In this document: positions 1 to 12,914 of the stretch, piece after piece
How the letters are laid out: each line of letters opens with the position of its first letter
How positions within the stretch are numbered: the first letter of the stretch is position 1
From: Botryllus schlosseri
Lineage: Eukaryota
Reading direction: 5' to 3'
Length of the DNA: 64,000 bases
Assembly (NCBI GenBank): GCA_051294905.1
Contig: CM119377.1
Span: 10,168,001 to 10,232,000, forward strand
Translations under genes and position numbers: made by a program
The notes under the pieces: generated by a model
Told to the model about the DNA's origin: nothing
The model's database searches: none
What the model saw: only the letters and a program-made list of their open reading frames with translations

Positions 1-1153
1 ACTATATTTCCGTGAAGTCGTTGTCTGTGAAGCGTTAAGTGATAACTAAAAACTGTGAACGCACTATGGTAACGGCTAGACCCACAGTATTTCGTGTAAA
101 TCGCTGTATATTCAATTGTTCCAATTGCACGGTATCACGGCACAATGACAAAATCATAGTCCAGTACACCTAAATTCGTGACGTCCCTCAACCAAGCACC
201 CATAATGATCATTCAGATGGACAATTGGCCATAGTAAAATAAAGATACCTGGACTAGATCCAATTAAGTCTATTGGGAGTCAAAATAATCTTTGAGCGTC
301 ATGAAGCCGTTACACATACGAGAACTGTCACAGCAGTGCGGATTTAGGCTATACAGAAATAACTCGTCATAAGGAATCGTCATGGTTGGTGGTAAATCGT
401 ATGTTTGGATGCGATAGGTGCAGCTTCAATTCATGTCGGATATTGTCACGGGGGCAATCTCAATCTGACAAAAAAGCTAGATTTGCGGGTAAAAATTTCA
501 AACATTACGCGACGCTTCATTTCCGCGTCGACGTCATCGAAAATGCGTCACAATCATAAAAGCTGAAGTTCGTGATATTGGAGCGATAGATTCGTTCAAC
601 TTTTAAATCTCACATGCATAACTATACCTAGTCCTAGTAGATTCTGTCTGTTATTGGCAAAGTTAAAACAACACCATAAAGATTATTTGCCATAGTCGAA
701 AAATCTGTCCAGTTTAATTATGATCGGAAAATGATATTGGTAGTCACACAAAGTAATTACGAAGCAGTATTCTGAATTTTATCGCCCATCAGTCCAATAA
801 TCATAATTTGTAGTAAGAACCGGCGTTGAGGTTTGATGTACGATTGTATTTCTGAAATTGCACAGAGCTTGGTCGATAATTATTGATCACACGAGTGTCG
901 CAGCCATGAAATATGATGACTCATCCTAGCAGCGTCCGAAAGCGTCTTTCGCGAATCTTTCAAGTCGCCAAAAATCGGAGCGATCAGAATATGTATTTTG
1001 ACGATTCTAATCACACAAGCTTGTCGACAGTACGCTGTAAATCTCGCAAATACACCGGCATTGCACAGTGTTTGCTTAGTATGATGCCGGGTGAATCGTA
1101 AGCGACAACGTCATAAGCCAAGTCATTTCATTTGTCATTCAACCGGTACGCGA

Positions 1154-1182
1154 TTACCGGAACTGAGCATTGCTTCGGAGAA
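1154..1182. promoter_or_regulatory. Tandem STAT/GAS-like sites upstream of a putative first exon
   Basis: TTACCGGAA (1154-1162) and TTCGGAGAA (1174-1182), 20 bp apart, in a CpG-rich stretch 120-150 bp upstream of ATG 1304. Confidence 0.4.
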
Positions 1183-1303
1183 AAATAAACATCCCGATAA
1201 CGCGAACCGTCTTTGCTAAACAACGCATACGTCAGCAGCAGCTAACAAAATGCTCCCAACTCTTCGCACATTCAATGCTGTAGCGGGAGTTCAGGATCTA
1301 GCG

Positions 1304-1363
1304 ATGTCTCTGACAGGATTTTGCTTCAGAAGGAAGGGGAAATCTAAACGCCGCGATACAGAG
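1304..1363 (+). CDS. Candidate first coding exon (MSLTGFCFRRKGKSKRRDTE), possibly of the long SOCS-A isoform
   Basis: ATG at 1304, 20 codons, then donor GAG|GTAAAT at 1364. Phase 0 matches the acceptor at 2091. Confidence 0.35.
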
Positions 1364-2091
1364 GTAAATGAAAAACAACGTATAGACGCAGAAATTTGTT
1401 TAACATGTTTAGCGAATATTATCTTGGACACTATGGCAATGAATTTGTAGATGCCAAAGATAAAGAAGAAGCAAAGCGAAAAGTTAGTCCAGAAAGTGCG
1501 ATCGTGTATTATTGCTTCGTTTGTTTGTAGATGTTTTATTGGCTTTCGAATCGAGAAAGGTGACACGCGGTGACTTATAATATAGATAGAAACCACGAAA
1601 TGAAAACATTCGATTGTGGGGAATGCTGTACTCCTATGCAATGGACATGTGTGGGCGAAAGAATCTCACTCATCACTCCAAAATAAAAGTGTTTGTCTGA
1701 AAATCGGGATAGTCACGGAATTATGATTGTATGCAGACCGATATCGGAATTCTGGACCGATAGTGAGGAAAATAATTTTGCCGATAAAACGATATTTTAT
1801 TCCAATATCAAAATCTGACATATAGCTCAAATTGAACTTCTAATTAGTGACAGTAATTTGAAAAATGAATTCCATGTCAACATCATCCATATACGATGAA
1901 ACTGCAGCATAATGAAAAATAGCATATCCGTTTAAAAGGTGCTTATTGTACGATAGTTAGGAAACGTAACTTTTCTGCATTTTCTCCTAAAACTGAACTT
2001 CTATAATATTCATAGATAAGTCATCTCATATCGGCGCCGAGTTAGTCATAGGAATGAAGATGCGGCCTTTATTCATTATTTTTATCAACAG

Positions 2092-3028
2092 AATTTTCCC
2101 GTTGTCCAAGACAATCAAGTCGCGCAACCGAACGACTACTACAAAAGCTCAAACAACGATGATTCGAAAGTGGGAACAGACGCAAGGCCGCATAAAATTC
2201 AAATTGATGATGACACGATGGATCAAACGCAACCAATGCCCGAGAAAGAAGCGGTACATAACAATGGAGTTGTGACACCAGCCCTGAATGCTACCCCGGA
2301 GAAGATTCGACCTTTATCTTCTTTACCTGCGAATCGCGGAAGGGCGAGATTCACAAGCGGACAAAATGATCAGGATCTTTCCGAACATCCACAATATAAC
2401 GAGCCTACCTCACGCCTATCGACGGATTTTCGAAGTAAACGCCATACTCCGCCAAAATTCAGCGATGAGTCTCAAGATGTTAGATCAGACGCAAAAGCAG
2501 ACTCTTGCAAAAAGGAATTCCCGTCGAAAAAGCCGCGACCAGCCCAGCAATGCGACAAGACCGCTCTAGCCGATCCTGCAATGATATCCTCGTCACCTAC
2601 CTCATTTATCCGTGACCGTTTCGGAGATCTTATCTACGAACAGCAGTGGGCGTCCAGCTCTCAGTGCACAAATCGCAGCCCAGACCACGCATTCGTGACG
2701 AATGACAACCATTTCACTTCAGACGAGCATGGTACATCACACACGAACAAATTATCGTTATTGCAACTTCATCGACACTGTCAGTCGCAGTCGCGTCCTA
2801 CTTATATCAATGACACACACCGCGTCGACGCCGGTTATCGCGAATCGGGTCAAAAACTCGCGTTCACCGTAACTGATAAAGAAGGCAAAGGTATCGAACT
2901 GACAATTGCAGTATACGGTGCTTCTCCTCTGCTCACTGCTGTAGTGCAACGAAAAGACGATTGTGGTCCAGTTAGCACGCCATCTTGCAACTCAGCGGAC
3001 GGAAATCGCTATCAGAATTTCGAATCTT
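2092..3028 (+). CDS. Large coding exon, Ser/Pro/Asp/Thr-rich and probably disordered; candidate N-terminal region of SOCS-A
   Basis: Open frame of more than 310 codons (contains ORF 2170-3036). Pyrimidine-rich acceptor TTTATTCATTATTTTTATCAACAG| ends at 2091 and donor T|GTAAGT starts at 3029 (phase 1). No recognisable domain. Confidence 0.6.
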
Positions 3029-3909
3029 GTAAGTAAACACTTTAGCTTGTACATGAAGCGCACATGTTGCGGGCGCCCATTCTTGTACCGTACGATGTAC
3101 AGATTGTACAATATACAAGTACACTTGCTTGTTGGCTTTATGTGTTGTTTAGCAGTTGGGTAGTACGCGGTAGTCGGTGAATAACGTCACGTATTTTGTA
3201 TTCGCGGACTTTTTAACCGAAATATGTTATAAATACTTTTGTTTCTGAAACTTGCCGAGCACTCATGCGAGCCACCGTTAAATGTTGCTACAAAATAGCA
3301 CGCCTCGGCCCAATCATGCTAGTCCGCTACGAAAATCTTTATTCGTAGATATTTAAAACAGGGGTCATTCTTGTGCAACAATTACCATTCCAAGTATAAG
3401 AAATGAAAAATACATTCGTATGTGTTTCACGTCGCACATCAGCGCGTTAACCAACTGCCCATAACGTCACCTTCGATATGGTTTGATTGGATGCATTTGT
3501 TCGTCATATTTTAAATACTGTTTAATAACGCATTCGATAGGATGACAATAATTACTAAAACACAGTCATAACCGCACGGCCGCAATTAATAATCATTACG
3601 AGCAATATTTGTACTGAAAACCACAGACCACGTTGACAGCACCAGATACACCCCATACTCGCATCGTACTGTTGTGTGGGACGTAACATCGCCTTTTCGT
3701 AAAGTTATAGCGAAAAGCTGCAGAAATAAACGAATGCTGACACCGCGGATTATGTGATTCTACATTATTCAAAATATGTTCAAAATAACTCAGGATTAAT
3801 GGCTGATTCGGAATGTCCTGTTGTCGCCACAGTACGCACTCGCACTGCGAACCATAGAAAAGCACTTGAATCGGAATATAAGGCCTATGAGCACAACCGA
3901 TCCAGATAA

Positions 3910-4006
3910 TTCCACGGAATTTACCGGATTCCAGGAACTGACTTTGGGAATGCTATCGGACTAACGAGCCGTATCCTATGCCTGACTTCCTAAGAATTTC
4001 GCAGAA
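3910..4006. promoter_or_regulatory. Cluster of STAT-type palindromes (2 x TTCN3GAA, 2 x TTCN4GAA)
   Basis: TTCCACGGAA 3910, TTCCAGGAA 3929, TTCCTAAGAA 3987 and TTCGCAGAA 3998 within 97 bp. Confidence 0.5.
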
Positions 4007-4342
4007 TTGTACTTCAGCGTGTTATTTTATCGCGTTGGCGCCTGTCCGCTGGTGAAATGTAGAAGTTGTACGTTAGTACATCGATGTAATTATGACTACA
4101 AGGCTGGACGAAATCGAGTAACTGAGTGATTTCTATCGGAATCGAGCATCTAGCTTCGCGTAGAGTAAATTAATATGTCACTGATTTTAACGCCATACGA
4201 GGTGGGAGGATGCGGAAATGTGTACCTTTTAAGCGACCACAAAAACTACATAAACACCACACCACATAAAAATAATTTGGTAGTTTTTCTACCATCACTA
4301 TCTAGTACCACTTTGAGACAATACTGTCGGTAGATCACTACT

Positions 4343-4393
4343 TCCCGGATATGCCATATCCCGGATATGCCATTTCCCGGATGTGCCATTTCC
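4343..4393. repeat. 16-bp tandem repeat x3 (TCCCGGATATGCCAT[A/T]), probably a MITE subterminal array
   Basis: Three near-identical 16-mers read directly from the sequence. Confidence 0.85.
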
Positions 4394-4972
4394 ACTAACG
4401 TGCGTAGATTGGTATTGGATTTGGAACGCATAATGTCAGTACGAGAATGTATCGCCTCTCATTGATGGACTCGGATCATTCGGGGGCCGCTCTAATTATA
4501 ACCGCACATTTTTACACGACTAGGTTGACCGGTTGAAAATCTTGTAATAATGAAAATTTGGAATCTTGAATGGGGGTGTCGTGATAACTTTGATTCCAAG
4601 CGAATCCCTTTGAAGCGTATTTGTCACTCAGCGCGCACGTAAAATGTCATTCTAACATTGCGGTATATAACCGCTTGCCGCAACATGAAATTCGATATAC
4701 CGAAACCGATTCTCAGCATTGATACAAATGATATGATCTTGTACCGGTAGCGACGCGATGTTCTGGGTTTCTTTGTACACCGAAACTACGCCGATCGGGT
4801 TGAAAATTAGCGAATAAGCTGTCCCTTCGAAAGTGCTTAATGGACGCGTCAAAGTGTTGGAAATTGGATCGTGTGTACCGAAGGGATTAGCATTCAGCAA
4901 GATGTAAGAATGGATTTGGATTTAAAGATTTTGTCCGGGTTTAATTTGGACTTCGACATGGAATGTCTAATA

Positions 4973-5308
4973 CAGAGTTTCTCAACGTAAAAGTTGTTTT
5001 GCGGTTGTGTGGCCCCCCTAACTGCGAAACTTGGAAAGCTGATGACTGCAAAAAAGCTCACCACCTTCTGTCAGTCCTGATCACGACTTCAGTATCACCT
5101 GGTTTCTAGTTGATGCCTAAAAAGCTATCTCACAGCATGTCATAAATTTATTAGTGTTGGCATCGTCCGTGTCGCTATGTTGACCAGTAGCCTATAGTGA
5201 GCATTGTCAGAAATACGGACAATTTAGTTTTATGCACGTAGTTTCAACACTGACCTTTCATGACCATTTTAAAACTAGTCCGCGCACCCCCAAGGTTAAG
5301 AACCCTCG
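4973..5308. mobile_element. Degenerate hAT (Buster/Charlie-like) MITE
   Basis: Imperfect TIRs CAGAGTTTCTCAAC / GGTTAAGAACCCTCG; flanks GTCTAATA / GTCAAATG (6/8 TSD match). Confidence 0.5.
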
Positions 5309-5896
5309 GTCAAATGATTTCCAGCCTCTGCGAGGCTTTTACGGTACATAAATTTGAGTCATTGCCGATTTGGATTCGGATTCGGACATGACAAGACATG
5401 GACGCCGGATCAAGATTTGTTGGATTAGAATCTTCCAGTCAACTCTATTTTATGAGATTAAATTGTTGAAAATAGCCGCCAGAATTGCATTATTGACTTT
5501 TGTTACATCTGTGTTCTACTGTTGCCGCCAGCCGCGACCAATTTGCATACTAGTATAATACTCCTGTCGAAATTGCTTTTCTTAGAACGATTCGCCACAG
5601 GCGCTGTATAACAGCGCAAAGAGTCCGAAAAGTAAACAGATTGGCTCAATGTACATTTTAATCGTCATCCGCGGAGATATCTTATCGCTCTATACTATGG
5701 TACGTCGATTAGCATCGCAACAATAATGATATATCGATTTGCGATCATAGTGCGATATAGGATAATTTCCTCACCGCCACATCTACACTCCCTTCGTATA
5801 CGCGTGTGTCATATCGAAGAATGAGAAATACATTGTAGATGCAAATATTTCGCTAGTATGACCGGTAACTTTAGCAGTTGAAGAGCAGCCTAACTT

Positions 5897-5933
5897 CAGG
5901 GATTTCTAAAACTTCTAGTTTTAGAAATCCCTG
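5897..5933. mobile_element. 37-bp perfect palindrome: minimal hAT-type element made of two TIRs only
   Basis: CAGGGATTTCTAAAACT-TCT-AGTTTTAGAAATCCCTG, flanked by CCTAACTT / CCTAACCT (7/8 TSD). Confidence 0.75.
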
Positions 5934-8305
5934 CCTAACCTGCAGAGCATTCGTATGTGATCCAACCAATAGCGTCATGATTCGACTACACTGTAACTAT
6001 AGCAACAGATTATAAAATGGCGATCTCACTATATTTACCTAGTTATAAGGGTAATGCGAATACCCGAAAGGTTCTGTTTCGTGAGAACACGAACTTTAAA
6101 AAAAGTTCACTGCAATCATGAAACTATGGCGTTATGTGACGACACAATGCTAGTTACAAGCATTGCATTTCCTCATGCGAAAAACGCGTAATATTATCAC
6201 ATTTACGTTACGACGATGTCTACATAAATCTAAATTCTAGGTTTCTTTTATAAGTAAAATGGCGTGATATTTTAAGCAAACTTCTTGGAATCGGGGGGAT
6301 GTCTATTATTCTTTTTGTCGATGTCCCCTCCTTGTTGCTAAAGTAATGTAGCAAGTGATAGCAAATTGAAATTGCAGGAAATTTGATGTACAATGTTTTG
6401 ATTTTTGTTATTTCTCAAAATGTTCTCAGTGGCGAACTTACCAAGGTTGGTTTGCGAACTAGAACCTTTAAAATATCGAAGTTCAATACGAATCACGAAC
6501 GTGCACCAAGCGTTCGCACCACCCCTACCATATATATATCACAACGTCGGTTGAATGTGTATTGGCCAACATAGTTTTAATGTCAACGACGGCGCGGAAG
6601 TTGCAAATGATGGTTACTCGACAATTCTCTATCCGCTAGCTGGCGGTATTTGATCAAATTTTGTCATGCAGCAACGTACTTCATTAATTTTGAAAAGCTG
6701 ACTGGCGCGTAATTCAATAAATTTGCAATGCACTCGATATGGACGATATCATATAGTCGTGATAACTTTCGTCGATTCCAAATAGTACGTGTCCATATAT
6801 GTGATGTGCATTGTGCAATGCACAGAATTTCATACCTAATAACAGCCTGTACCGAATTTATGGTCTTTGAGGTGCATCGTACTTTTTTCAACTGAATTCA
6901 GCGCACATGCGGAATCAAATCTCACTCTAAGCTAGCTCGAAGGAATTTTCAATCTAGTAGAACTAATGGCAGTATATGCAATCATCTTAATATATTTAAT
7001 TTATCGTAACATAATGTCAAGTCTATGTTGTTTTTGGTGTTTTCGAGGATCTGATCCCAATCGCGTATTGACCAATAGGCCGCCACATCATGGCGCGACA
7101 TTCTACTCATGACTAATTCATCAGCGGCGAGTACAGAGATGATATCGGTCTCTCTTGCTGACAAATTTGCGTATAACGCAACTGATATTCCCAAATGTAA
7201 CCGCGGACCGGCGTCAAATATCTTAATAAGCATCGGAATATTCCAGCCACGTCCACAGCATTTCCTCAGCCGATTGATGTCGACAAGGTAATGACACCCT
7301 TCCCCGCCAGATACGCGACTGACAGGCAAAATGCAGATGCCGATGCATAAAATTTTAATGAAACGTGCTCAAGACTCGCTGCGGAATGTCGGTTTGTGCA
7401 AAGGTCAGGGTAATTATGGCTTGAGCGCTCGGGCACCTGCATCGCGGCGTGGAAATTAATTTGCATTGTACCTGTGGTACAGTGTACGGAACACGTACAA
7501 TAGTAGTGCGTATATTGCGTTCTACACGCGTAACGGAATGACATTAGCAGAGGTGACTCAAATTGGATAATTCCTCACGTTGGCAAATTGCCGTGAGATG
7601 ACAGCGTAACGAATGATGGAAGTGTGAAAATTCTATGTAACGATTTTGCATCACCTTCTTACATGACGCCACACTGGTTTGGCGTTCGAACAACTGTGAC
7701 ATCACTATATCCGGAATCCAACATCTGACAACTTGCCTGGTCCCGAGCGCGTTATGGATATTGTAAATTTTACGTTTTGCCTCCGTATGCTTTTAGTAGT
7801 TTGCGTATGGTCGGCAATTGCGATAGAGGTCGTACGATACGTTATAACGACCTTGTCAATATGTTATTCGGTAACAATATCCGGCAGATTTGAATTCCTG
7901 GAATGTGCTGTGTTTATGAGTGACAGAATATATTGTTGCCTTTGTGCCAATACCGTAATTGTGATAAACAATACTTGAAGCAGAGGAACAAGCAGTCATA
8001 TTAGGAACAATTTTTGATAATACTGTTTCATACATGAGACTCCTGGAGGGTCATATCATCAATATATACAATATACACTATTCATGCATAAATAAACCCG
8101 AATATTTTCGGACGAGACTCGCCAGGGGTAATCGTCAGCAACTAGTAGAGGATTGAAAAGGACAATTAAATATGAATATATTATTGAATTGTCTGTTTCA
8201 TACAAATTTAGCTTAATGCAAAATTTAGCTTGGGAATATTGGTTTCATTTGCAGCGCATTCGTCATAGGCATGAGAAGTCATTTAGACTAGAGAACCAGC
8301 TATTA

Positions 8306-8460
8306 CAGGTGATCTGGTCAGTAACGAAGTACCCTTATACTTTTTTGGGGTACCGAAGTAAGTGATTCTGTTTTTAGAATACTCCCACTTCTATTTTAAC
8401 AGTTTTTAGATCAAACTACATACTTATTACTCTTTAGATTTTGAATAGTAGAAAGTAGTT
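8306..8460 (+). repeat. Dispersed repeat family with CAGAGGTGGTCAGTAA-like terminus (copy 1; others at ~13130-13257 minus, 15848-16010 plus, ~44240-44366 minus, ~61701-61800 plus)
   Basis: Shared terminus (C/T)AGAGGTGGTCAGTAA and following TACTTGAGTA/TACTCAAGTA-rich body seen in five places. Confidence 0.6.
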
Positions 8461-9093
8461 TTGTGATAAGATTGCATTGCTTTTATGAGTGAAATTGTCA
8501 TAACAATCTCGTGAGCTAACCCCCCGTATCACAGTGACTGAATATGTATTTCCGAAGATTCCAATTATTTGTAGTGTCATCAGTCATCTTGCGTTAGTCG
8601 CGAAGTAGCCCATCCTCCGATTAATTGCTGAAAATATGTGACGCCTCGACCAAATCTATACTTACATGAGTATACTTTCCATGCATTTCGTTTTTATTTC
8701 CACTTGAAGGAGTTTTCATATGTCTCGGAAATTGTTATTTCGACTTGTACTTGAATTGCAACACTAACTGTAGTTAAAACATGCACTTTTGGTATCTACG
8801 CCTTTATCAAACGCAAATTTTCATCCCGTGTATACGCCTATTGGTAGACAGAATATTCAGCAGAATTCGTCCATATGCCAGAACCAACAATAACGTGTAC
8901 TCAAAATATCTCTCGGTTTCGCAGATCCAAGCAGTGTCATGTCATCGCCAACAGTCGCGGTTCTTTCCGAATTTAGTTTGTTAGAAAAACACTGTCTACG
9001 GACTGTTCGCGCTTTTGTTCCAAAAATAGCGCTCTATATCCCCAGGAGAGTATTCGTTAAAACACGCGGTGATGAAATGTGAACAACTGAGCA

Positions 9094-9304
9094 TTCCCGG
9101 AAACGTTGAGTTTCATCGAATTCCTACTTTCGTGTACGATTTGACCGCTGATTCATCTTTGTTAATGGCGCAGTGGAGTTAATCGCAGATGTCGATCTAT
9201 CGTGGTTAAACTTAACTTTCTATCGTTGATTATGTCATCACGGAGAAGGTATCCGCACGGATATAGGCTACTGAATTTACTTACGTCTAATTGGGTTCAG
9301 AGAA
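9094..9304. promoter_or_regulatory. STAT-type sites: tandem pair plus one
   Basis: TTCCCGGAA 9094, TTCATCGAA 9112, TTCAGAGAA 9296. Confidence 0.4.
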
Positions 9305-10550
9305 AAACTATTTCAAGTAAATATAGACTAGAGCTCGTATCTGGCTTGGTTGAGATCCTTTATACTCTTATACTAGCTATATACTAAGTATGTGGTAAAT
9401 GTCACCGCTACTGAGCCAGTTAATATTACTTTTATACATCGTGAGCACTCAAGCATCCTCGAATTCTACCGTATATTTAGTAGGTATATTTAAAGAATAA
9501 TTACAATTCTACTTTAACATGTCGAAATATATATATTTTCCACTTCCAACTTATTATATCTGTACGATTATGTCAAGCAGATAGAGCTAATGGATGTGTT
9601 TGCATCGTTCTATAATAATCTATATCATCGCAATTTTCGTGACCGGCCATAAGCTGCGGTCGGTGCTGCGTAACCACATCGCGAATAAGTTTGGGATCAT
9701 CTGCAAATCGTAAATTTGCAAGTAGGCATCGGCATTTGTGAGCTATCCTTTCTCCGTATTATACTGGGGTACTTCTACAACCACCCATTACCTATTGCTC
9801 GGAGTAACCTTGACCTATCTGCAGAAGCAGTACTCCCGGTCCCGGGGCGGGCGCAATATCTCCAAACGGAGGACAGGATATAGGAAAATTAGGTATCTGA
9901 CGGGCTGGACTCTTGAATCGATACGTTAATCGCGTATTTATCCTCGCATACAGGGAATAAATAATATTTAACTTCAAAATAACAAAAGTTTAAAGCATAG
10001 AGACCAAAAACAGTATTTAATGCATTTATAAACGTAATGTATTTCAATAGCTGTTGAAGTAAATGAGACATCTGTGGTCGAGCAAACTTGTCAACAATTT
10101 CTTTGCACGATGGCTGCATGTCGTACGTATATTAACTCTTAGTAAAGACAGCAAGTGAATATCAGTTAGATTGAAACACAACTTTGTCTTGTTCAGTTCG
10201 TGGTCCAAAATGTTTGCTCACATAGTAGACCCCAACAAGAACAAAAGTATACTATAGTTTCATGGCCATCTTTCTCACGTTGGCAAACTTGGATTCATTA
10301 AGTGACGCATATTGTTTGTCTGCGCTTTTTGATTGGACGTAGTAAGCAAGTAGTGGGGGTTTGCGGTAGACTGTGGCAGCGGCCCGGATTATCATGGGTC
10401 GGGGCGGCACGCGGGTTGTATATTTCCCTCCCCTGGGACCTATGTAATCTTACACTTTAGCAATATTGGTGATATGATCATTGCCATTGTCAAGCAAACA
10501 TTCTATATTCATTCGGATATCCCATGTTGCTTAGCGTCAATTAAGGCGGA

Positions 10551-10910
10551 TAGAACTGGGCAAAATCCGAGTTGAGTTGAGCATTCTAATATCACTCGTA
10601 AGGACGTCATATCACTATGAATGATGTGAAACCTTTCATGTGACCACAAATAATGCAATGCCATTTATACATCACATTAAAGACAATTTGGTACTTTTTC
10701 GGCCATACCTATATCTCATTTCACATTGTAACAACAATACTCTGGGTCGACCACGACTTCACTTCACAGATACGTCATTTTCACTCACGTATACGTAGCT
10801 TTGTACGACATATTTCGTACAGTAAGTTGCGATACCACGAATCGAGGTTCCAGGGCTTCCCAAGTGGAAAATAGTATCGAAACCACAATTCTCGTTGATA
10901 AATGAACTCT
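10551..10910. repeat. Diverged MITE-like repeat, homologous to 18870-19180
   Basis: Colinear blocks shared by both copies: TAG..CTGGGCAAAAT, CTTTCATGTG.CCACAAA, AATTTGGTA.TTTT, CCATACCTA, ATCGAGGTT.CA.GG.TTCC, TAGTAT.GAAA. Confidence 0.6.
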
Positions 10911-10948
10911 TTAATGGCAGGGAGCGTATAATTTCAGTACTCGAATAG

Positions 10949-11375
10949 CAGAGATGAGCGGATTTGAAATTTCTATGTCCTAATCCAATCCAAATCCGAA
11001 CCTTAAAATCCAAATCCGAATCCGAATCCATAACTTTTTCTTATTCAAGTCCATGTCCAATCCTAATCCGATTCCAACTGCAAATTCAGAAAAAATACTA
11101 ATTTATGCAATGGAGGGGTTCGAAAATTTTCTTTCACATCCAACGATTCACTTGATTCAAGATAACTTAGTAACCATAAGTACATTAATAACTGATCGGA
11201 ATAAAGTTTGTCGCCATTCGCCACACGACATTTCAATCTCCCAGAAAATAGGTAAATCCAATCCAAATCCTAATCATTTCTGAAAAAAATGTCTAATCCA
11301 AATCCAATCCAAATCCGACAAAATTTCACAAATCCTGTTTTTTCAAAACCTAATCCTAATCCATGCTCATCTCTG
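10949..11375. mobile_element. hAT-type MITE (427 bp) with AATCC(A/G) subterminal arrays
   Basis: TIRs CAGAGATGAGC / GCTCATCTCTG; perfect 8-bp TSD TCGAATAG (10941-10948, 11376-11383). Confidence 0.92.
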
Positions 11376-12914
11376 TCGAATAGCCGTAGTTCTGAGTGCC
11401 CTTTATGAAGTCACCAGTAAAACGACGGAGTCGATATTAATTGCCAAGTGTTATAAATTCGTACGGGTACATATTGGAACAATTCGTGCTCCTATACTCG
11501 TTAGCCGTCACGTGTCTTTTACGGGCCTTTGATATCAATTGCTATGTAAACTTGCGCAGTGTATTCTCATATACAATACCGTGTTCTCTTTGATTATAAC
11601 ATGACATTGAATCGCCGAGATCGTATATCTGTCCTGACGGATGCTAATGAAAGTCGATGACACATATCATTCATTACAATTCGGAAGATTTCACTGTTCG
11701 GGTGTTCGCGTACTGAATAAAGAATCGGAAATATAACGATTCACCGTAGCGGATGTTTGGATATAAATGTCACGCCACTGTTACGTCACCAACCTTAGAA
11801 TTATTTGAGTCACTAACTGCTAGCAACATGCCACAAGCGTCATTAGGAACACAGTCGAGTATTTTTAATGCATCGAGACAAGTAATAAGAGAATATTTTG
11901 TCGAGAACTGAAATTATACGACCCTTGCCAACGATAATTTTAGTTTCGATACATTCTTCCTGCCGTGGAAACCTAGAAATCAATAAAGGCTGCAATATAC
12001 CGCATCCAAAACACGTAGCAGAAAGCAATGTACTATATTGGAAGCGAAATTTATCTGAAGCATTGATCAATTCTAACATACAATCACAAAACAAAATGAA
12101 CATGGTCGGGAAACTATCATAACATCTCGGGATTGTTTTCATTGTGGTCACTTGCCAAATCACCCATGCCATACTGTTATTATGTCATTACTCAGCTCCT
12201 TGATTCTGCCCAAGTGTATATTCTCATGGTTGTACGCACGCCTTAGGTTTAGACGTGCATGATATGCATGACTGCATACGAACAAGTGATGAATAGGCAT
12301 CATATTCAGTAGAATACACGACTTTAAAATTATTTCACAGGCCGTTGCTTTGGCATAACGCGTTGCTTGTACCGAGAGTCCGAGACCGCAATACTCTTTC
12401 ACGCGTGCAATGAAGTGTAATTGTGTACGCGGAATCGTGTTTTCGTGAAACCCAGGCATAGATACCAGACGAATTCGCGAAAGTGATCTTGTCATTTACT
12501 GTGTGGTTTCGAGAATTATCAAACGAGGACGTAGAATAGTACGCTTTTCTCGAATGTCACGGTGGCCAACAGTGCGCGTTTTCATCCGCGCAACAAGCCG
12601 CCAACCCTGTTCAATGAAACGCCGAGGTCTGCAAAATGCAATTCTGCTTACATTATGGCGTGTCCGTTTTGAGTTCTAGCTCCTAAGGAAGAGGAGCATG
12701 TATGTTACATCGCGTCATTCTATCGCGTTTCGCAACTCATAACCCGACAACCTGACACTACTCGAGTCTCATCTTTGTAATCATTGAACGTACGTCGTAC
12801 GTCGGTGGTCCACGAACTATGGTAAGCGCGAAATTTGAGATTACATATAAATTTGTGACTTTCACCAAGTTATTAAAGCAAGATGTGTGATAAATGTCGA
12901 AGTTGCGTATGTAT

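Noticed and set aside
6982-7329. 115-aa minus-strand ORF, plus a neighbouring frame with SAEEMLWTW, faintly like a death-domain helix
   Set aside because: The motifs are in different frames and wrongly spaced, with no coherent exon chain; similarity is too weak to support without a search.
11843-12495. Overlapping 75-111-aa ORFs on both strands
   Set aside because: No recognisable motif, no consistent splice signals, and stops in all extended frames.
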